The notes under the pieces: generated by a model
Told to the model about the DNA's origin: nothing
The model's database searches: none
Seen by the model: the letters and a program-made list of their open reading frames with translations, nothing else
Shown here: piece after piece, positions 39,393 through 49,449 of the stretch
Layout: every line of letters starts with the position of its first letter
How positions within the stretch are numbered: the first letter of the stretch is position 1
From: an uncultured Deinococcaceae bacterium
Lineage (GTDB): Bacteria; Deinococcota; Deinococci; Deinococcales; Deinococcaceae
NCBI GenBank assembly: GCA_964252075.1
Contig: CAXULY010000011.1
Span: forward strand, 52,060-116,059
Reading direction: 5' to 3'
Length of the DNA stretch: 64,000 nucleotides
Made by a program: the position numbers and the translations under genes

Positions 39393-40925
39393 ATGCAGAG
39401 CAAGCGTTCACCCCGCGGCGCCCTCCCCCTCCTGCTCCTCGCCCTGATCGGCGGCGCCGGCGCCCAGGGGGCGGGTTCGGTCCTGACCATCATGCAGACG
39501 GAACCGCCGCGCAGCATGGACCCCGCCGACCAGACCGCCACGTACACCGCCAACATCCTCGACACCATGTACGAGGGCCTCGCGCGCTTCGATCAGAACC
39601 TGGAGGTGCAGCCCATGCTCGCCACGCGCTGGACCAGCAGCGCGGACGGCAAGACCTGGACCTTCACCCTGCGCCAGGGCGTCAAGTTCCAGGACGGCAC
39701 CCCCATGAACGCCGCGGCGGTCGTGGCGTCCTTCCAGCGCCACCTCGACGAGAAGCGCGGCCTCGCCGCCAGCGGGCGCTTCCGCAAGGTAATCGCGAAG
39801 GTTAGCGCCAAGGACGCCAACACCGTGGTCTTCACGCTGAGCGCGCCGTACCCGGCGTTCCTGCGGCTGCTCAGCCAGACCAGCGCCGCCATCGTGAGCC
39901 CCACCGCCGACAAGAAAGGCACGCTGGGACGCATCCCGGTCGGCACGGGCCCCTACAAGTTCGTGGAGTGGAAGTCCGGCGAGTACGTCACCGAGCAGGC
40001 GAACCCCGCGTACTGGGGCAAGAAGCCCGCCCTGAGCGGCCTGAAGTGGCTGTGGTCGAGTGAACCGTCGGTGCTGAACCTCGCCATTCAGTCCGGTCAG
40101 GCGGACGTGGTGAACCCGCTGCCGCCCATCTTCGCGCAACCGCTCAAGAACAACCCGCAGGTCAGCCTCCTGCAGGGCAAGGCCGCCGCGGTGTTCTGGC
40201 TGTCGCTCAACACCAAACTCAAGCCGCTCGACCAGCTGCCGGTGCGTCAGGCGCTGAACTACGCCACCGACCGCCAGGCGCTGGTCACCACCCTTCTGCG
40301 CGGGTACGGGCAGCCCGCCACCTCGCCCCTCGCCCCCGCCGACTTCGGGTACGACCCCGCCACCCCCGGCTACGCGTACGACGTGAACAAAGCCAAGGCG
40401 CTGCTCAAGGCCGCCGGTTACCCGAACGGCGTGACCATCACCGTGGCCTCGCAGGAGCCGGACGCCAACATCGTGCAGGCCCTGCAGGGCATGTGGGCGA
40501 AGGCCGGCATCACCCTGAAGATCATGCAGATGGAAAGCGGCGTGTGGACGCAGGCGGCCTTCGGCACCCCCGCCGAGAAAGCCAAGGCGGGCATCAACAG
40601 CACCTTCGCCTCATGGTCCGCCAGCACCCTCGACGCCGACGGGCAGCTGTTCCCGCTGTACGCCACCGCCAGCTTCTCCCCCGCCAGCGCGAACCTGGGT
40701 TTCTACAGCAACGCCAAGGTGGACGCGCTCCTCGCGCAGGGCAGCCGCGAGACCGACAGCGCCAAACGCAAGACCATCTACGCGCAGGCGCAGCGCCTCA
40801 TCGCGGCCGACGCCGCGCACGTGCTGCTGTACTACCCGACGGACATCGCGGCGGTGCGCAGCACCGTCAAGGGCGTGTGGATCTTCCCGGGCGGCGGCGT
40901 GCGGCTGGAGAACGCCAGCCGGTGA
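39393..40925 (+). CDS. Peptide/nickel-family (family 5, GsiB/DppA-like) ABC substrate-binding protein
   Basis: AAGGAG RBS, signal peptide, WTFTLRQGVKFQDGTPMNA, PVGTGPYKF, VRQALNYA. Confidence 0.92.
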   Translation: MQSKRSPRGALPLLLLALIGGAGAQGAGSVLTIMQTEPPRSMDPADQTATYTANILDTMYEGLARFDQNLEVQPMLATRWTSSADGKTWTFTLRQGVKFQDGTPMNAAAVVASFQRHLDEKRGLAASGRFRKVIAKVSAKDANTVVFTLSAPYPAFLRLLSQTSAAIVSPTADKKGTLGRIPVGTGPYKFVEWKSGEYVTEQANPAYWGKKPALSGLKWLWSSEPSVLNLAIQSGQADVVNPLPPIFAQPLKNNPQVSLLQGKAAAVFWLSLNTKLKPLDQLPVRQALNYATDRQALVTTLLRGYGQPATSPLAPADFGYDPATPGYAYDVNKAKALLKAAGYPNGVTITVASQEPDANIVQALQGMWAKAGITLKIMQMESGVWTQAAFGTPAEKAKAGINSTFASWSASTLDADGQLFPLYATASFSPASANLGFYSNAKVDALLAQGSRETDSAKRKTIYAQAQRLIAADAAHVLLYYPTDIAAVRSTVKGVWIFPGGGVRLENASR

Positions 40926-41010
40926 GCGCCGCGGTCCGGGCGCGGCCGCGCCCGCCCCTGAACCGCCCTGACCGGGGGCCCCGGCCGCACCCCCGCGCCC
41001 GAAGGTGCCC

Positions 41011-41931
41011 ATGACCCTGTACGCCCTGCGCAAACTGCTGGCCCTGCCGCTCATCCTCCTGGCGGTGTCCTTCCTGATTTTCGGCGCGGTGCGGCTGCTG
41101 CCCGGCGACCCGGCGCGCGTGATGGCCGGACCGCAGGCCACCCAGGACGCCGTGGATGACATGCGCGTGCGCCTCGGGCTCACCCGGCCGTTCCTCGTGC
41201 AGTACCAGACCTTCCTCGCGGGCGCGGTGCGCGGCGACCTCGGGGAGTCCATTCACTCCAAACTGCCCGTCACGCAGGACATCGCGGAGCGCTTCCCGTA
41301 CACCGTGCGCCTCGCCATCACCAGTTACCTCTTCGCGAGCGTGGTGGGCCTCACCTTCGGCGTGCTCGCCGCCGTGAACCGCGGCCGCTGGCTGGACCAG
41401 CTGGTGATGCTGCTGGCCATCCTGAGCGCGTCGGTCGCGAACTTCTGGCTGGCGCTGATGGCCATGACGCTGTTCTCCGTGCGGCTCGGCTGGGTGCCGC
41501 TGCTCGGCGCGGACTCCTGGAAGAGTTACATCCTGCCGAGCCTCACGCTGGGCGTGCTGCCCGCCGCGCTGATCGCCCGCATGACGCGCTCCAGCATGCT
41601 GGAGATCCTGGGGCAGGACTACATCCGCACGGCGCGCGCCAAGGGCGTCCGCCCGCTGCGGGTGTACGCGCGGCACGCGCTGCGCAACGCCCTGATTCCC
41701 ATCGTCACCATCATCGGCCTGAGTTTCGGCGGCCTGCTGGGCGGCGCGGTCATCACCGAGACGGTCTTCAACTGGCCGGGCATCGGGCGCCTGCTGGTGG
41801 ACGCCGTGCGCTTCCGCGACTACGCGGTCATTCAGGGCGTCACCCTGCTCACCGTGACCGCCGTCGTGCTGGTCAACCTGCTGGTGGACCTGCTGATGGC
41901 CGTCATCAACCCCCGCATCCGCTTCGACTGA
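41011..41931 (+). CDS. Peptide ABC permease (DppB-like)
   Basis: LPGDPA, GDLGES, DYIRTARAKG, ITETVFNWPGIG, NPRIRF. Confidence 0.92.
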   Translation: MTLYALRKLLALPLILLAVSFLIFGAVRLLPGDPARVMAGPQATQDAVDDMRVRLGLTRPFLVQYQTFLAGAVRGDLGESIHSKLPVTQDIAERFPYTVRLAITSYLFASVVGLTFGVLAAVNRGRWLDQLVMLLAILSASVANFWLALMAMTLFSVRLGWVPLLGADSWKSYILPSLTLGVLPAALIARMTRSSMLEILGQDYIRTARAKGVRPLRVYARHALRNALIPIVTIIGLSFGGLLGGAVITETVFNWPGIGRLLVDAVRFRDYAVIQGVTLLTVTAVVLVNLLVDLLMAVINPRIRFD

Positions 41932-41971
41932 GCGGCCGCAACGCCGCGTTCCCCGCGCCCAAGGAGTTGCC

Positions 41972-42829
41972 GTGACCACCGCTGGCCCCCTCCCCCACAC
42001 CCCCCCGCGCGCCCGGCGGCTCAAGGAACGCAACCTGCTGCTCGGCGCGCTCCTGACGGCGCTGGTGATCGTGGCGGGACTCCTCGCGCCGCTGCTGGCG
42101 CGCCACGACCCCTACGCCCAGGACCTGCTGCAGTCCCTGCAGGGGCCCAGCGCGGCGCACCCCTTTGGCACCGACGAGTTCGGTCGGGACCTCTTCGCCC
42201 GCATCCTGTACGGCGCGCGGCTGTCCCTGATGGAGATCACGCTGAGCGTCGGCCTGGCGCTCGGCATCGGCCTGCCGCTGGGCCTCATGGCCGGGTACTT
42301 CGGCGGGTGGCTCGACCAGTTCGTCACGTGGGCCGCCGACATCCTGTACGCCTTCCCCGGCATCGTGCTGGCCATCCTGATCGTCAGCATCCTCGGCAGC
42401 GGCCTGATCAACATGCTGGTCGCCATCTCGATCTTCGCGGTGCCCGTGTACATCCGGCTGGCGCGCAGCCTCACCCTCAGCCTGCGGGTGCAGGACTACA
42501 CCGAGGCCGCCCGCGCCCTCGGCGCGAGCGCCCCGCGCGTGATGGTGCGGCACATCCTGCGCAACGCGCTGTCCCCCATCTTCGTGCAGGTGACGCTCAC
42601 GGCCGGCGAGGTCGTGCTGGCCGCCGCCGGCCTCAGCTTCCTGGGCCTGGGCGCGCAGCCACCCTCGGCGGAGTGGGGCGCCATGATGAGCGGCGCGCGC
42701 AATTACCTGGGCGTCGCCGATTACCTCTCGGTCTTCCCGGGCCTCGCGATCCTGACGCTGGTGCTCGGCCTGAACCTGCTGGGCGACGGCCTGCGCGACC
42801 GGCTCGACCCCAGGCTGCGGGGCCTGTGA
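41972..42829 (+). CDS. Peptide ABC permease (DppC-like)
   Basis: HPFGTDEFGRD, YTEAARALGA, LSFLGLG, GDGLRDRLDP. Confidence 0.92.
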   Translation: MTTAGPLPHTPPRARRLKERNLLLGALLTALVIVAGLLAPLLARHDPYAQDLLQSLQGPSAAHPFGTDEFGRDLFARILYGARLSLMEITLSVGLALGIGLPLGLMAGYFGGWLDQFVTWAADILYAFPGIVLAILIVSILGSGLINMLVAISIFAVPVYIRLARSLTLSLRVQDYTEAARALGASAPRVMVRHILRNALSPIFVQVTLTAGEVVLAAAGLSFLGLGAQPPSAEWGAMMSGARNYLGVADYLSVFPGLAILTLVLGLNLLGDGLRDRLDPRLRGL

Positions 42830-42880
42830 TGCGCCCCGCGAACCCCCGCCCAACCCCGCACGTCCGACGGCAGGCCGCAC

Positions 42881-43747
42881 TTGCCCGCTGACGTCAGCTG
42901 GGGCGTGGACCTGGGCGGCACCAAACTCGCCATCGGGAACGGCGCCGCCCACCACGAGGAACCCACCGGCGCGTCCGCGCAGGACATCGTGGAGCAGATC
43001 GTGCGCGGCACACCCGCCGGGGCGCGCATCGGGCTGTGCGTGGCGGGCCGCGTGGACACCCGCAGCGGCACCACCCTGGCGGCCCAGCTGCCGCAACTCA
43101 CGGACTTCCCGCTGGTCGCCGCCCTGCAGGCGCGCGACCGCACCTCCTTCCTGATGAACGACGCCGACGCGGGCGCGCTCGCGGAGTTCCACCTCGGCGC
43201 GGGCCGCGGCGCGCGCACGCTGCTGTACGTGACGGTCGGCACGGGCATCGGCGGCGGGCTGGTGCACGCGGGCCAGCTGTACCAGGGCGCGGGCGGGCAG
43301 GCGCTAGAAGTCGGTCACGCGGGCGGCGGCGAGCCGGGGCTGCCCTGCCCGTGCGGTCGGACCGGCTGCATCGACACCGTCGCCTCGGGGCGCGCCATTC
43401 ATCACGACGCGCGCGCCGCAGCGCAGCGCCCCGAATGGCCCGACAGCGACATCGCCCGCGCCGCCCGCGCGGGCGACCCCACCGTCCGCGCGATCATCGA
43501 GGTCGCGGCGCGGCGCACCGCGCAGGCCGTCGCGGGCTTCTGCGTGCTGTTCAACCCGGACGTGCTGGTGCTGGGCGGCGGCATCGTGGAGGCGCACGAC
43601 GACCTGTACGTCGAGCCCTTCCAGCAGGGCCTCGCGGCGCACATGGGCGGCTGGTCCCGCCCGGAGGTCCGCCGGGCCGGTTGCGACCGCCGTGCGGGCG
43701 TGCTGGGCGCCATGCTGCACGCCCGCACGCACGCGAACACCCTCTGA
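42881..43747 (+). CDS. ROK family sugar kinase
   Basis: GVDLGGTK, NDADAGALAE, GTGIGGG, EVGH, CPCGRTGC; start codon uncertain (TTG). Confidence 0.85.
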   Translation: MPADVSWGVDLGGTKLAIGNGAAHHEEPTGASAQDIVEQIVRGTPAGARIGLCVAGRVDTRSGTTLAAQLPQLTDFPLVAALQARDRTSFLMNDADAGALAEFHLGAGRGARTLLYVTVGTGIGGGLVHAGQLYQGAGGQALEVGHAGGGEPGLPCPCGRTGCIDTVASGRAIHHDARAAAQRPEWPDSDIARAARAGDPTVRAIIEVAARRTAQAVAGFCVLFNPDVLVLGGGIVEAHDDLYVEPFQQGLAAHMGGWSRPEVRRAGCDRRAGVLGAMLHARTHANTL

Positions 43748-44014
43748 CCGCCAGCGCCACCATCAGGCGCTGCGGGTCCGAAGCAGCAGAGGTCACCGCA
43801 GGGGTTAGAGGGGTCGCGGCGATCAGCGTGCCCAGGATCGGCACGAGGTTCTGGGGGCCGGTCACGCGCCCGCACTTGAAGAACCGAGGCGCATTCAGGC
43901 ACGTCGCACCTCTCGGTGCGGCGTCGTGACCGGCCGCGCTCTGTGAACCCTGTGCGCGCCCGATTCCCCTTTCCCCTCACTTGGCGCGCCCGGGTCAGTT
44001 GATAGGCTCAGCGG

Positions 44015-45379
44015 GTGACCACCGACGCGCCCCCCGAATCACTCCCGCAGGACCACCCGGGACCCGGCGCGCCGAGCGGACGCACCAGCGAACTGCTGCG
44101 CCTCGCCTGGCCCCTGATGCTCTCGAACCTCGCCTACACCGCCGTGGGCTTCACCGACACGCTGTACATGGGCCGCCTGGGCGTCACCGAGGTGGGCGCG
44201 GTGGGCCTCGCCTCACTGTGCGTGTTCGCCCTCACGCTGCTGTTCCGCAGCAGCCTCAACACCGCCGCGACCTTCGTCGCGCGCGCGTTCGGGGCGGGTG
44301 ACCGCGTCGGCATTCGCCGCTGGGCCGGCGTCTTCCTGACGCTGTCGCTGGTCGGCGTCCCCCTGGGCCTCGCGGGGCCCTGGCTGGCGGACGCGGCCCT
44401 GGCCCTGCTCGGCCCCGCCCCGGACATCGCGCGGGTCGCGCGGACGTACGCGCGCATCCGCACGCTGGAAACCCCGCTGATGCTGCTCGGGGCGGCCAGC
44501 CTCGCGATCATGCTGGGCCTGGGCAACACGCGCACGCCGATGGTCCTCTCCTGGATGGTGATGGTCGTGAACGCCGCCCTCGCCGCGCTGTTCGTGTTCG
44601 GCTTCGGGTGGGGCGTCGCGGGCGCCGCGTGGGCCGGGGTGCTCGCCGTCGGGCTTCAGGGCGTGCTGGCCTTCGTGCTGCTGCTGCGACACAACCGGCC
44701 CGTGTACGGCCGCCTCTGGTTCGCCCGCCCGAGCGGAACGGAACTCCGCTCGGTGGCGCGCGTGTCGCTGCCCGCCGGGTTCACCGACCTGGCGGACGTC
44801 GCGGCCTTCACGACGTTCCTCGGGTTGATTTCCAGGCTGGGGCCCACCGCCCTGGCCGCCTCGCAGATCGCCAACCAGTTCGCCAGCTTCGGGTTTCTGC
44901 CCGCTTTCGCGCTGTCAGCGAGCACCTCCAGCCTGCTCTCCCGCGCGCTCGGCGCGGGGCGAACGGACCTCGCCGTGCGGATTGGCTGGCGTGGGGCGGC
45001 GGTCGCGGCGGGCTTCATGGGCCTGCTGGCGCTGGCCTTCCTGCTGTTCCCGCGCGCCCTCATCGGGCTGTTCAACCGCGACCCGGACGTGCTGCGGCTG
45101 GGCGCGAGCGTGCTGAAGGTCATGGCCGCCTACCAGGTGCTGGACGGCGTGAACATCGTGCTGGGCGGCGCGCTCAACGGCGCGGGCGACACGCGCTTTA
45201 GGCTGCTGGTCACCCTGCCCGGCGCGTGGCTGATCATGGTTGGGGGGGCGGCCCTCCTGATTCCACACGCCGGGGTCGCTGGGGCGTGGAGTGCGGCCCT
45301 GGTGTACCTGTTGCTGCTGGCTGGCCTGTACGCCTGGAGGTTCTGGTCGGGACGGTGGAAGTACAAGACCCTGGCGTGA
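44015..45379 (+). CDS. MATE family efflux transporter
   Basis: DTLYMGRLG, GLGNTRTPM, GAGDTR, about 12 TM segments; TAGGCT-N6-GTG. Confidence 0.9.
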   Translation: MTTDAPPESLPQDHPGPGAPSGRTSELLRLAWPLMLSNLAYTAVGFTDTLYMGRLGVTEVGAVGLASLCVFALTLLFRSSLNTAATFVARAFGAGDRVGIRRWAGVFLTLSLVGVPLGLAGPWLADAALALLGPAPDIARVARTYARIRTLETPLMLLGAASLAIMLGLGNTRTPMVLSWMVMVVNAALAALFVFGFGWGVAGAAWAGVLAVGLQGVLAFVLLLRHNRPVYGRLWFARPSGTELRSVARVSLPAGFTDLADVAAFTTFLGLISRLGPTALAASQIANQFASFGFLPAFALSASTSSLLSRALGAGRTDLAVRIGWRGAAVAAGFMGLLALAFLLFPRALIGLFNRDPDVLRLGASVLKVMAAYQVLDGVNIVLGGALNGAGDTRFRLLVTLPGAWLIMVGGAALLIPHAGVAGAWSAALVYLLLLAGLYAWRFWSGRWKYKTLA

Positions 45380-45700
45380 GGTGCGCCCTGAACCGGTCAA
45401 GGCGAGGTTTTTCGTCGGCGGGGCACCGTTCGGTAATCCTCGCGCGACAACGCCCTCGTAAAGCTCTTTCTTTGGTTCTTCACCGATGGGACGGCCGGGT
45501 GGGCACAGCATGGACTGTGCTCACCCGGCAGCACACCAGATGGCAGGCTGTGTGTGGTGATGCCGGCCTCCACACCAGCGAAATCCAATCAGAGCTGGCC
45601 CCTCTGCGCCGGGTGCTCGCGTTGAACCTACGGCACCGCGGTCCATGGGCCAGGCCACTCCGGGAGCAGCGGTGGTTGCATCCTGGCCGGGCGCCTGTGA

Positions 45701-46231
45701 TCACCACACTTCCTGTCGCCAGACGCTCCAGATGGTCTGCTCCTCCACGTCCTCACCCATGACGGAACCCATCGCCTTGAGCGCCAGCTTGATCTGGCCG
45801 ACGTGGTAGCCCTCGTGCCACAGCATGTGCTGCAGGAACAGGATCGGGTGGTCGTACGTGACGTGCTCACCCCGTAGCGGCCCTCCGGACTCCAGCCGCT
45901 GGCGCACCACCGCCGCAATGGCGGCGGCGCTCGCTTCCAGGGCGGGCGCGATGCGCGTGGGGTCCCGTTCGGGCGCCCAGCCCTCCCCCACCGGGTGAAA
46001 GAGGGACGCGACGCCCTCCGCTCGCTGGGGGTCCATGTCCGAGAGGAAGTACCGGCGGGTGTGCTGAATGTGCGCGAACTGCCGCGCGACCGCGGGACTG
46101 CCCTCCATCGCCGTGGCGTCCAGGCCGCCGTCCGGGAGGGCGCGGAGCACGTTGAGCAGGATGGTGTTGCTGCGGGTCCAGGAGTCCAGCAGGTCATCAA
46201 GGATACGGGAATCAAGTGCGTTCAGCATCAT
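45701..46231 (-). CDS. DinB family protein
   Basis: QFAHIQ and HMLWHEGYHVGQ three-His metal motif; GGAGG RBS. Confidence 0.82.
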   Translation of the reverse strand: MMLNALDSRILDDLLDSWTRSNTILLNVLRALPDGGLDATAMEGSPAVARQFAHIQHTRRYFLSDMDPQRAEGVASLFHPVGEGWAPERDPTRIAPALEASAAAIAAVVRQRLESGGPLRGEHVTYDHPILFLQHMLWHEGYHVGQIKLALKAMGSVMGEDVEEQTIWSVWRQEVW

Positions 46232-46526
46232 GCCTCCATTCGCTGTGGGGAGAATCTGCGGCCAGTTTACGCGCTTGCAAGACCGCGTCGCGTGAAAGGG
46301 AAAGGTGGGCGGGACCAGTGCCGGGTACAGACCATTGGTGGCCAAGCACGCCACGTGGTCGGTCCGACTGGACTCATCCTGGAACATGCGCGTGGTCCTC
46401 GACTTCCTGTAAGGGCGGTCAAGCTGCGTGTCATCCCCGCCGCCCGGTCATGTGGGATGGTCGGGTGAACCCACTGAGCGGCGCCGCACTCGCGGTTCTG
46501 TGCCCCAGGGCGTTCAGGGAGGCCAG

Positions 46527-46751
46527 ATGACCGGAAGTGACAAGGACCCGAACGCGAGCGGGGACACAGCCCAGAATGAAACGCCCACCGACCACACCAC
46601 CCAGGGAACGCCTGAGGTGAAGTCCGGTGGAGACCTAAACATGGGCGCCACGTCCGCCGATGACGTTCAGACGGACCAGGATGCACTCGACCCAGATGAC
46701 GGGAACACCACCACAGGGGACCCCATGACGAGAACCAGCGGTGAGCACTGA
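46527..46751 (+). CDS. Small acidic hydrophilic protein (74 aa)
   Basis: GGAGG RBS before ATG; D/T/G-rich, no hydrophobic core. Confidence 0.55.
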   Translation: MTGSDKDPNASGDTAQNETPTDHTTQGTPEVKSGGDLNMGATSADDVQTDQDALDPDDGNTTTGDPMTRTSGEH

Positions 46752-46923
46752 CGCGTGGGAGGGGCGGTGGTTGACCACCGCTGCCGGGTCCCGGCGGTCG
46801 GGATACCTTCCGCGACGGGGGAATCCCAGCACTGGACGCTGGCGGTAGGTACTTTAAGGCCGTCTTCCGCAGGTTCACCACCTCAGAGCTGAGCCGCTCG
46901 GGTCGGGCATTCTGCACGGGATC

Positions 46924-47133
46924 GGGTCGGTACGTCAGCACCACGACACCGGTGGCGGTCGTCTTCAACTCCGGCCGGTGCAGGGCGGCGCGGCTTCCCG
47001 GTGGGAACAGCGGGGTGCCCTCCCCCACCACGACCGGACAGACGATCAGGTGGAACTCGTCGATCAGGCCGCGCTCCATGAGCGAACGCACGAGGACGCC
47101 ACTGCCGTCAATCAAGAGGTGCCCGCCCGGCCC
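46924..47133 (-). pseudogene. C-terminal remnant of a RibD-C/dihydrofolate reductase family gene
   Basis: GHLLIDGSGVLVRSLMERGLIDEFHLIVCPVVVGEGTPLF..GVVVLTYRP resembles the two intact paralogues; in-frame TGA upstream at 47164-47166 and no N-terminal half. Confidence 0.7.
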
Positions 47134-47214
47134 GTGCCGCGCCCACTCGACCTGCCTTGCGCTTCAGTCAAGCGTCCTTCGTCAGCCGAATGCGCTGTGC
47201 TGGAACAACCCGGT

Positions 47215-47330
47215 CGGGATGGCAGGAGCCTCGATTTCCACTGCCATGCCTGGCCTCGTCGCGAGTTCCGGACCCACTAAGCTCGGCGTTCTTTGCACAT
47301 CATGGAACACGGCCCACATGACTTCAACCC
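47215..47330 (-). pseudogene. Possible decayed RidA/YjgF family C-terminal fragment
   Basis: VFHDVQRTPSLVGPELATRPGMAVEIEAPAI resembles the RidA terminal P..LVEIEA.A motif. Confidence 0.3.
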
Positions 47331-47573
47331 GCAGGCTCAAAGCCCGCCAGCACCATCCCGGACTCAGAACGGCACGCTGCCCCAGGAAACCACACCCGTC
47401 CTCAACGGACCACGGCGCCACATGGCCCAAGCACGATACATCTAGGCGCAGCGCGTTCTCTCTCGCACCCCTCGTGGGCAGGACTTTGCCAGAATGATGC
47501 GCATGACGGCGTTGCCCTTCCACTTCCCCACACGCGCCTCGGAGAGCAGATTCGCCCAGCACGGAGGGACCGC

Positions 47574-48581
47574 GTGACCTGGGGTGAGACCCTCGGTCGC
47601 CTCCGGGCCGAAACGGTGCGCGCGTCCGCTGCCCTGTGGGGGGCCGGTCCCGCCACCCTTGTAAGCCCCGGTTTCAACCACGTGTACCGCGCCGAGGACG
47701 CCGCCGGGGCACTCTACCTGCGCTTCACGCACGTCAGCCTGCGCAACGCCGTGTATTTGGAACCGCCCCTCCAGTGGCTGCGCTTCCTGCATGCGCACGG
47801 CGCGCCCGTCAACGAACCGCTGCCGTCCTTCAACGGGAACTGGGTTGAGACGGTGGAGCAGCAGGACGACCTCTTTCTTGCCACCGCTGTCCGGGGGGTG
47901 CCTGGACCGCGGCTGAGCGACCTGCCGCCCGAGCCGCCCCTATACCGCGCGTTCGGGCGGTCCATCGGGCAGTTGCACGCGGCGTCCCGGCGCTTCACGC
48001 CCAAGCCCGGCACGCCGCACATGCTGGGGCCGGACCTGCCGGGCGTGTTTCCGACCTGGCGCCTGTTCTGGCATGGCGCTCGGGCGCACGCTGTGCAGGA
48101 GCCCGTCATCGCCGCGACGTTCGAGGCGCTGACCCCGTGGGTGGACCGGGTGGGCGGCCCCGAGCGGGGATGGCCGGACGGCGTGAGCGCCCCCCCGGAG
48201 GACCTGGGGCTCACGCACGGGGACCTGCGGCCCGGCAACGCCATCTGGGACGGCGAGCGGGTGGTGATCATCGACTTCGACGAGCCGGTGTTCGGCCCGT
48301 GGGCGAATGACCTCGCGCGCGCCGTCCTGGAAGTCCCTCGCGGTCAGCGCGCGGCCCTGTGGAATGAAGTGCTCGCCGGGTACCGCGAGGTCATGCCGCT
48401 CGCGCCCACCTGGGAAGGGGAACTGCCCCGCCTGCTCCAGGCGCGCGCCGCGCTGATGGCGGCCTGGAACATCTCCGGAGGCGCGGACCTCACGGACGTG
48501 CGCCCAGTGAGTGGCACGCTCGCCCCCGTGAGCCTGTGGCAACTCCGCGAGCACCTGAGCAACGGCGAGTACGACGCTTGA
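47574..48581 (+). CDS. Aminoglycoside phosphotransferase / type II homoserine kinase-like kinase
   Basis: NHVYR, GQLH, THGDLRPGN, IIDFDE; GGAGG RBS. Confidence 0.85.
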   Translation: MTWGETLGRLRAETVRASAALWGAGPATLVSPGFNHVYRAEDAAGALYLRFTHVSLRNAVYLEPPLQWLRFLHAHGAPVNEPLPSFNGNWVETVEQQDDLFLATAVRGVPGPRLSDLPPEPPLYRAFGRSIGQLHAASRRFTPKPGTPHMLGPDLPGVFPTWRLFWHGARAHAVQEPVIAATFEALTPWVDRVGGPERGWPDGVSAPPEDLGLTHGDLRPGNAIWDGERVVIIDFDEPVFGPWANDLARAVLEVPRGQRAALWNEVLAGYREVMPLAPTWEGELPRLLQARAALMAAWNISGGADLTDVRPVSGTLAPVSLWQLREHLSNGEYDA

Positions 48582-48918
48582 TGCGTGCACGCAGATGACC
48601 CTGCGAGACCCATGCCGGGAACTGACGGAGAATACCGAACGCAATCACGCTGGCATGCTCTTCCGCCGTCACGCTTTGGTTCGCGTGCCACAGGCAAAGT
48701 ATGTCGTGGAAGGGCGCCGTCACGCACGGTGACCGAGTGAAAACTGCGCGCGCTAAGTCTGCTTTGGAGCTTTGCGCCTCGCGAGCCTTCCGTATGGGCC
48801 TACAGCACAGCAAGACCCCACGCGCCTTGGTATGACCGGCTTGAAGTTCTGGCCGCCCAAAGCGCGCCGCAGGGTCGTGAGAACGCGACAGGCCACAGGC
48901 GCAGCTGCTAAGATGGGC

Positions 48919-49449
48919 TCAGCGCGGGTCTGGGAAGAACGGGAGGCCACTGTGCGTGAGGCTGGCGAACTCCACCTGCCAGCCCAGCGTGTCCGTGCGC
49001 GCCACGCGGGCGGTGCCCGTGCGCTCCACCGTGTTCTGGCCTTCGCGGTACCGCAGGTGGTATGTCACGGTGCCCGCGTCACCCGCGAGGTGCGTGGCGG
49101 TGGGCGTGAACTCGAAGCCGGGCCGCAACTGGGCGCCGAGCACGGGGATGCCCGTCGCGTAACCCTGCGGCACGCCCGACAGGAAGCGGGTGGTCCAGGC
49201 GATGTCCCCGCACTGCAGGCCCGCGAACACCTGCCGCACGGCGTTCTGCGCCAGTTCCGCCGGTGTGGTGGGAAAGCCCTGGATGATGCCGAGGCGCGTG
49301 AGGCGCCGCACGGCGTCGGCGGCGTAAACGCAGGGCGGTACGTCCAGGAGCTCACGCTCGCTCGCTGCCTGAGGGGGCGCCGTCTGGGGTGCGGGGAGGG
49401 CCAGTGCGGTGGGGACGAGGAGGGCGGCGGTGAGGAGGAAGGCGTTCAT
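48919..49449 (-). CDS. Secreted hypothetical protein with SLH-like motif
   Basis: Signal peptide MNAFLLTAALLVPTALA; DVPPCVYAADAVRRLTRLGIIQGFP. Confidence 0.6.
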   Translation of the reverse strand: MNAFLLTAALLVPTALALPAPQTAPPQAASERELLDVPPCVYAADAVRRLTRLGIIQGFPTTPAELAQNAVRQVFAGLQCGDIAWTTRFLSGVPQGYATGIPVLGAQLRPGFEFTPTATHLAGDAGTVTYHLRYREGQNTVERTGTARVARTDTLGWQVEFASLTHSGLPFFPDPR

